DNA of 64,000 bases from Candidatus Poribacteria bacterium (lineage in GTDB: Bacteria > Poribacteria > WGA-4E > PCPOR2b): contig OZ220744.1 in assembly GCA_965116925.1 (NCBI GenBank), positions 2,560,001-2,624,000 of the forward strand. Direction: 5' to 3'. The position numbers and the translations under genes were made by a program. Below, one piece after another: positions 58,299 to 64,000 of this stretch. Below the pieces are notes generated by a model. It saw only the letters and a list, made by a program, of their open reading frames with translations, was not told the origin of the DNA and ran no database searches. Numbering within the stretch: the first letter of the stretch is position 1; each line of letters begins with the position of its first letter.

Positions 58299-59726
58299 TC
58301 AATTGTCTATTGGCATTTTTTGACCGATTGCTTTTTCCAATCGGGCGAGACCCACGGCGTAGTCGTGCAAGGATTGGAGGCGATTCACCTCCGCTTGTGA
58401 AAGTGCGAGTTGTGCGTCGGTCAGTTCAACACTGGTGATCATCCCGTTTTCGTAGCGCAAGTTTGCGATTCGTACGCTCTCTTGGGCTTGCTCAACCGTT
58501 TCGCGCTGGACATCAATTAGTGTTTTTGCCTCAAGCAGATTGAGATACGCAGATCTAACCTCTAGCTCGATGGCATCGGTCATTTGCTGCTTCCCAAGCT
58601 GTGTCTGTTTCAGACTGGATTCAGCCTGTTTCACGGCAGCCCGTGTCGCCAAACCGTCGAAGATCGGGACATTGAGTGCGAACCCGACATTCCAAATCCG
58701 GTTCATCTCTATGAGCCTTTCGTTGTGGTCGAGTTGATAATTGCTAAAAAAGGAGAGAGCGGGACGGCTGCGGGTCTTGGCGACATCAACCTGTTTTTTG
58801 GCGGCACCCTCGGTGAATTGCAACTGATGGAGTTCCGGTCGTTTGTCCATCGCCTGTTGGATGAGCTGTGCAAGGTCAAATTCGAGTATCGGCTGCTCCA
58901 AGTTACCTTGTACCTCAATCGGGTCGCTGAGATCGATGTTCAGTACATTTTTATAGACATCCATAGCGACCCGTTCACCATTCTTGGCGCGGATCAGGTT
59001 GGATCTGGCGTTGGCTAATAACACCTCTGCACGCAGGATATCAAAATTAGTAGACGCACCCGCCTCAAAGAGGTTTTGGGCAATCTTTAACTGTTTCTCG
59101 ACAAGCTCAACGGCCTGTTCGGAAACCTGAACAAATTCAAGTGACAGAAGGACGCGGTAGAAAGCCTCTGAAACATCAAGCACTAACTGGTTGTAAGCTG
59201 CATCTAACTCCTTGTGCGCTGCTTCCAAGCTAAGTTTTGCGCTTTGATAGTTTTTGTAGTAACGTCCCCAAGCAAAGATCGGTTGGTTTAGGGTCAGGTC
59301 CGCTTGGAAGTTGTGGTGCGCCCCAAATTCCAGTTCAATGACACTTTCACTGTCATCACCCACGCTAGGGAAGGGGGACATCTCTCCCCCTGCGCCGGGC
59401 GGTCCAAATGCACCGCCCGCTTCAAGGACGGATTTTGGGAGAGCTCCGGCGTATCTATAGGTGCTGTTGATTGAGACATTCGGCAGCAATCCCGCATGTG
59501 CAGCACGGACCTGTGCTTCCGCAGATTTCACGCGCTCCTGAGTCGTTTGGATCGACAGATTGGTTTGTCGGGCGATTTGGATGCTATCTTCAAGCGTCAA
59601 GGTTTTTGACGCTTGTGCGGATACAGTGCTGGTCAATAGCAGTATTAATACAGATATTCCGATGAAAAAATGTTGTTGGAGCAGTCGTGAAACGTGATGC
59701 GTGAAACGTGAAGGGCGTTCCCCCAT
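58299..59726 (-). CDS. TolC family outer membrane efflux protein
   Basis: GAGGAG RBS; signal peptide; LTLEDSI, LLPNV, QPIFAWG, VPIFDG and LEKAIG. Confidence 0.9.
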   Translation of the reverse strand: MGERPSRFTHHVSRLLQQHFFIGISVLILLLTSTVSAQASKTLTLEDSIQIARQTNLSIQTTQERVKSAEAQVRAAHAGLLPNVSINSTYRYAGALPKSVLEAGGAFGPPGAGGEMSPFPSVGDDSESVIELEFGAHHNFQADLTLNQPIFAWGRYYKNYQSAKLSLEAAHKELDAAYNQLVLDVSEAFYRVLLSLEFVQVSEQAVELVEKQLKIAQNLFEAGASTNFDILRAEVLLANARSNLIRAKNGERVAMDVYKNVLNIDLSDPIEVQGNLEQPILEFDLAQLIQQAMDKRPELHQLQFTEGAAKKQVDVAKTRSRPALSFFSNYQLDHNERLIEMNRIWNVGFALNVPIFDGLATRAAVKQAESSLKQTQLGKQQMTDAIELEVRSAYLNLLEAKTLIDVQRETVEQAQESVRIANLRYENGMITSVELTDAQLALSQAEVNRLQSLHDYAVGLARLEKAIGQKMPIDN

Positions 59727-59820
59727 TCTTTTCTCCTCTGTTCAATTTTCAGTGTGCTCAGTAGATTTCAATCAGACGTTTCAATTGTATTAGATGGCAC
59801 ACAAATTACGTGATTTTTGT

Positions 59821-59975
59821 TTACAATAATCTGTCCACTTCCTCAGCATCGTGGGGATTATTCACAATTCCGATAACAATCGCATAAACGAAGGTGTAAT
59901 ACGCCCGCATCAGGTGGGCAAATGCCTGTTCATCTCCAGATTAGCATGAGAAATGAGTATTTTGTCGTTAGCCAC
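59821..59975 (-). pseudogene. Frameshifted, truncated ECF sigma factor remnant
   Basis: GGGAGG RBS and GTG start; reads ANDKILISHA, then a 1-nt frameshift, then SGDEQAFAHLMRAYYTFVYAIVIGIVNNPHDAEEV (region 2 start), then a stop. Confidence 0.7.
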
Positions 59976-60061
59976 TGTTGTGATGCCTCCCTTGCACTTT
60001 ATCAAAACACCGTTCTGTGATTTTTTCTAGCACTTTTCTCCTGAAAAGGGTTGGCACTCAA

Positions 60062-61405
60062 CTACTCAAGCCGTGCCTCGATCCGTTTGATGATATCTTC
60101 TTTTGTGAGGGATTGCTCTAAGTTCATCACATAGACACCAAGGTTTTCGGAGCTGTCGCTTTGCCCAACAAATACAATTCGTGTGCCATCGGGAGTAAAG
60201 ATTGGATCAGTATTGATGAGTTCATTGTTAGTAAGTTGCCTCTGATTTTTACCATCTGTATCCATCATGATAATTTCGGTATCGCCATCTCTGTAGGAGT
60301 CAAAAATTATCTGTGTGCCGTCGGGAGAAAAGGCAGGATGTGCATTAATCGCTGGATCATCGGTTAATTTTGTGAAGTTGCTCCCATCACTGTCAATCAT
60401 ACAGATTTGGCTGGAAATGCCGAGGGGCCCACCTACGGCATAGGCGGCAAATGCGATCCGCGCTCCGTCCGGCGAGAATGCTGGACCGTGATTATTGGTT
60501 CGGGTCTGGGTTAATTGCTTTTGATTCGCGCCGTCTGCGTCCATGATAAAGATCTCGCTATTTATGCCAGTTCTGTTCGATTCAAAGGCGATTTTGCTGC
60601 CGTCGGGCGAAAAGGTCGGATTGCTATCCGTGGCGGTATTGGCTGTCAATCGCTCATTTGATTTTGTGTCAATATCTATGACGAAAATTTCGTCGTTGGG
60701 GTTGTGCCAACGGATAAAAGAAACATAGGCGACTTTCTTGCCATCAGGGGACAGAGCGGGGTTGTAATCGGCGGTGTCGTTGAAGGTCAGCCTCTGCCTG
60801 TTTTCGCCATTAATATCGGCGATGTTCATGACATAGATTTCGTTGTTGTCGTCAACGTATGCGGTGAAAGCAAGCGTGTCGGCAGCGGTTGAGACATCAT
60901 GGATTTGGACATAGTTGGGGGTCAAGCGGATGCTTGGGTGGGAATCGCCGGTGAGTCTGCCAATTTTTTGGATCCAATCTTCCTGTTGTGAATTCTGTAA
61001 AATGTTCAAAAACGCACGCAGCGCAAATCGCTCGTGTCCGGCCGCCATGTATGCTTCTCCCAACGCGAGTTGGATATCCATGCGTTTCGGTGCGGCCCTC
61101 GCAGCGGTTCTCAGGGATTCGATTGCCTCGGTGTGTTGGTCTAGCTGCAGATATGCCAGTCCCAGTTGATAATGGGCTTCTGGGTTATCGGGTGCTTCTT
61201 CTAACAACCGTTGAAAATATGCTGCCGCTCCCGAATAATCGCCGGCTGCGATGAATCCTTTGCCTTTTTTGATGGCTGCGTCTTCTCCACAGCCGACTAC
61301 CAACGACAAAAGGATGAGGCATAGGGAAATCGTGAAACGTGATGCGTGAAACGTGATGCGTGATAGATAAGTTGGAGTGCCGGGGTTATGTTGGTTCATT
61401 GGCAT
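60062..61405 (-). CDS. Lipoprotein with TPR repeats and a PD40/TolB-like propeller
   Basis: Lipobox LVVGC; TPR NPEAHYQLGLAY; PAFSPDG blades. The start is uncertain. Confidence 0.82.
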   Translation of the reverse strand: MPMNQHNPGTPTYLSRITFHASRFTISLCLILLSLVVGCGEDAAIKKGKGFIAAGDYSGAAAYFQRLLEEAPDNPEAHYQLGLAYLQLDQHTEAIESLRTAARAAPKRMDIQLALGEAYMAAGHERFALRAFLNILQNSQQEDWIQKIGRLTGDSHPSIRLTPNYVQIHDVSTAADTLAFTAYVDDNNEIYVMNIADINGENRQRLTFNDTADYNPALSPDGKKVAYVSFIRWHNPNDEIFVIDIDTKSNERLTANTATDSNPTFSPDGSKIAFESNRTGINSEIFIMDADGANQKQLTQTRTNNHGPAFSPDGARIAFAAYAVGGPLGISSQICMIDSDGSNFTKLTDDPAINAHPAFSPDGTQIIFDSYRDGDTEIIMMDTDGKNQRQLTNNELINTDPIFTPDGTRIVFVGQSDSSENLGVYVMNLEQSLTKEDIIKRIEARLE

Positions 61406-61593
61406 ATTAGTTCATTGGTTCATTGAATAGGTGAACCCTTGTCTGAATCAGGATATTTAGGATTTAAGGATTTACAGGATAGGGAGCGTGAAACGTAATG
61501 CGTAATAGGTAAGAAAAAACGGAACGCAGATCTGCGTTCCCTACGAATTACATTTATTACACTAAACCACCTGATAAGTATATCGGCTGCTTC

Positions 61594-62619
61594 TTACTGT
61601 TCGGTTGTGAGTTCGTTCTGCCCGATAACGCAGCGGAATCCTGCTATATAAGAGAGGTGATCCTCTGTACCGATGTCACGCGAGGAAGTTCGCGCTCCGA
61701 TCGGTCCGAGGTTGTCGTAATAGTACCATGAGCCACCGCGCAGGACGCGGTATTTTTGCCCAAATTCTTCCGCTGTGAAAGTGCTCCCCGGATACGCGTC
61801 GTACCAGCTGCTCGTCCACTCCCATACGTTTCCGCCCATATCGTAAACACCGTAAGGACTGATCCCTTGTGGATAGCTTCCGACAGGTTTGGAGCCCGAC
61901 CCGTCCCACGATTCGACATTTAATTTTGTTATATCAAACACGTTTCCCCAGGGCCAGATTCTGGCGTCAGTACCTCTGGCGGCTTTTTCCCATTCAATCT
62001 CTGTTGGAAGCCGTTTTCCCGCCCATTGACAATATGCGTTGGCATCCCTCCAATTGACGTATACGATAGGCAGGTTATCTTCTCCATCGCGGTATTTTCG
62101 GTTCTCCCAATGTCTTGGCGCAGCATATCCGGTGGCATCGATGAATTTTTGGTAGTCGGCGTTGGTCACTTCAAACTTGTCGATGTAGAAGGATTCAACA
62201 TGAACCGCCTGTTGCGGTTTTTCCGACTTAAACCACCGAGGATGTTCCACAAGTTCGCCCCCTCCCAGTTGATGGATGACCAGTTGTTCTTCTTCATCAC
62301 TAGTTCCCATGGTGAATTCACCCGCGGGGATTAAAATCATATCTGATAGGCTAATTTTTTTTAGTGGGAAGGAGCGCACGAGTTTTTCGTTTTTGTACTT
62401 CAGTTCTGCTGTTGCTGTGTGATAGCCTCGTTTACTAACAGACACTCGGTATGGCGTTTCCGGAGTCACTTCTCTTTTATAGGGCGTAGTCCCAACTTCT
62501 ACACCGTCTATAAAAACTGTTGCAGCAGACGGGATTGAAGTGATTTCGATTATTGGAATCCTTTCACAACCTGTGTGCATAAGCACAGCAATGAACAGAA
62601 AAATGGCAAAGAGACGCAT
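61594..62619 (-). CDS. PEGA plus FGE/SUMF1-domain lipoprotein
   Basis: Lipobox-like HTGC; ITSIPSAATVFIDG; IPAGEFTMG, RLPTEIEWEKAARG, DMGGNVWEW, RGGSW and GFRC. Confidence 0.9.
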   Translation of the reverse strand: MRLFAIFLFIAVLMHTGCERIPIIEITSIPSAATVFIDGVEVGTTPYKREVTPETPYRVSVSKRGYHTATAELKYKNEKLVRSFPLKKISLSDMILIPAGEFTMGTSDEEEQLVIHQLGGGELVEHPRWFKSEKPQQAVHVESFYIDKFEVTNADYQKFIDATGYAAPRHWENRKYRDGEDNLPIVYVNWRDANAYCQWAGKRLPTEIEWEKAARGTDARIWPWGNVFDITKLNVESWDGSGSKPVGSYPQGISPYGVYDMGGNVWEWTSSWYDAYPGSTFTAEEFGQKYRVLRGGSWYYYDNLGPIGARTSSRDIGTEDHLSYIAGFRCVIGQNELTTEQ

Positions 62620-62806
62620 TAATGTCGTTTATCTCCTTGAGGGTGGAGGGCTTGAAATTGCCCCCTGCACAGTTCGTTCGCACTATCCCTACTGCTGCGA
62701 TTGAAAAGATGCCGGGGTTAGGGCGAGAAAATGAGGGTGGTTTGGGTTGTGAGCCGTCAGATAGGAGAAATGGGTGGGATGACGGACTCACAACCCGAAT
62801 TACGGT

Positions 62807-64000
62807 TTAATATTTTAAGATAGAACCCCATTCGCCAACAACCCAGAGGGTGCCGTCTGCAGATTGGGTGATGTCGCTGAGGTTAGTGCGGGTGGGACTC
62901 TGCTGATCAAGCCATGTTACGCCTCCGTCAGTGGTATGCAGGATAGTTCCACCTTCGCCAACAGCCCATCCCTCGTTAGCGTTGATGAAGCATATTCCCT
63001 GCAAGGTGTCGTCGGTTGGTGTAACCTGTTGATTCCACATCGTCCCTCCATCTGTAGTGGCATAAATCGCGCCTCCGGATCCAACAGTCCAGGCTGTATT
63101 GGCATCAATCGCGTATATCGATCTTAGCTCATCGGGTCCTATGATTTTTGCTTCCCATGTTTGACCGGCATCCATAGTTTTTATAACGGTCCCACTCGCT
63201 CCGACTGCCCAACCGGTGTTGCCATCAACGAAATAGGTGCCGTATAGGTTGTTGAAAGCAACCATCATGTCTCCAGAGTCCTGACCGTTCCACGTTTGAC
63301 CGCCGTCGTTTGTATGTGCGATTTTACCGACTTCACCGACCCCCCAGCCGTGTTGTGGGGTGGAGAAGTGGAGGTCATAGTAGCCAAGGGCACTTTTCCA
63401 GCTAGTTGCTGGATCGGAAAAGACGATCCGTTGTGCCGTGCCGTGTCCTTCGTCTGATGGGTCGCTGACGCTGTGCCATTTTACCCCACTGTCGAGTCCC
63501 TCAAGTAGGGTTGCATTGCTGCCGACGATGTAACCTCTATTTGGGTCAACGAAATGGATCCCGAAAAGTTCAAAGACATTTCCGCTATATTGGGCTTGCC
63601 ATGTCTGACCACCGTCGTTGGTGTGCAAAACGGTTCCCGATAAACCCACTGCCCAACCCAATTTATCATCGTAGAAATGGACTTTGGTTAGATGGTTACT
63701 CATTGAGATGTTTTCCCACGATGCGCCGCCATCGGTACTGTGCAGAACGGTTGCAAATTCACCGACCGCCCAAACCTCCTGATCGGTGACGTATTGGACA
63801 GTATAGAGTCGGTTCGGTGCGGGTCTGGGTTCGAGCGGTGTCCATGTCTTGCCGCCATCCGAGGTTCTCAGAATGACGCCGAACTCTGCTGCACACAGCC
63901 CGTTGTTCGCATCGGTGAAATGAATGCCCCAGATCGGTTCGGGCATACCGTTGGAGTGAGGCACATTGCTCTCTTGGGTCTCCCAAGTCTCGCCGGCATT
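62807..64000 (-). CDS. YCF48-related / BNR-repeat beta-propeller protein (5' partial)
   Basis: Repeats of F.D...GWAVG..G.ILHTxDGGxTW; the frame stays open to the window edge. Confidence 0.88.
   Translation of the reverse strand, partial: NAGETWETQESNVPHSNGMPEPIWGIHFTDANNGLCAAEFGVILRTSDGGKTWTPLEPRPAPNRLYTVQYVTDQEVWAVGEFATVLHSTDGGASWENISMSNHLTKVHFYDDKLGWAVGLSGTVLHTNDGGQTWQAQYSGNVFELFGIHFVDPNRGYIVGSNATLLEGLDSGVKWHSVSDPSDEGHGTAQRIVFSDPATSWKSALGYYDLHFSTPQHGWGVGEVGKIAHTNDGGQTWNGQDSGDMMVAFNNLYGTYFVDGNTGWAVGASGTVIKTMDAGQTWEAKIIGPDELRSIYAIDANTAWTVGSGGAIYATTDGGTMWNQQVTPTDDTLQGICFINANEGWAVGEGGTILHTTDGGVTWLDQQSPTRTNLSDITQSADGTLWVVGEWGSILKY

Noticed and set aside
1..64000. tRNA, rRNA, prophage or autonomous transposase genes
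   Set aside because: No recognisable cloverleaf, rRNA signature, phage structural gene or DDE/HUH transposase ORF was seen by eye; tRNAscan and Rfam were not run.

Overview
A 64-kb bacterial window, moderately GC-rich. The repeat content and the secreted proteins ending in a WGxLK tail suggest Ca. Poribacteria; this is inference, as no marker gene is present. From left to right it holds: a DUF2089/DUF4097 cluster; housekeeping genes (mazG, a second MazG-like NTP pyrophosphohydrolase, fabV, ridA); a small defence-like island; catabolic genes (HAD, ggt, cstA, PIG-L, ThDP enzyme, Zn dehydrogenase); a tandem array of 14 secreted PD40/TolB-like beta-propeller genes at 30.2-47.4 kb; a second catabolic block; a TolC-acyltransferase-MFP operon; an ECF sigma pseudogene; and three envelope protein genes. 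The defence island is a single-chain N6-MTase/nuclease followed by two units of hicB fragment, a copy of the MTase 3' tail, and a cargo gene. Intergenic DNA is full of GTAG-type REP families and two MITE families. The strongest candidates for new biology are: (1) the 14-gene propeller array, which has a fixed scaffold with variable and shuffled loops, a conserved ~65-nt spacer, a shared C-terminal tail, and an embedded divergent HTH/solute-binding regulator with a palindromic operator candidate; (2) a protein-less, promoter-driven IS200/IS605-type element at ~25184-25600 encoding a TnpB omegaRNA-like scaffold plus extra structured domains; (3) cargo genes stacked behind repeated copies of the MTase 3' end. 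All assignments come from reading motifs by eye; no searches were run. No rRNA, tRNA or CRISPR array was seen.
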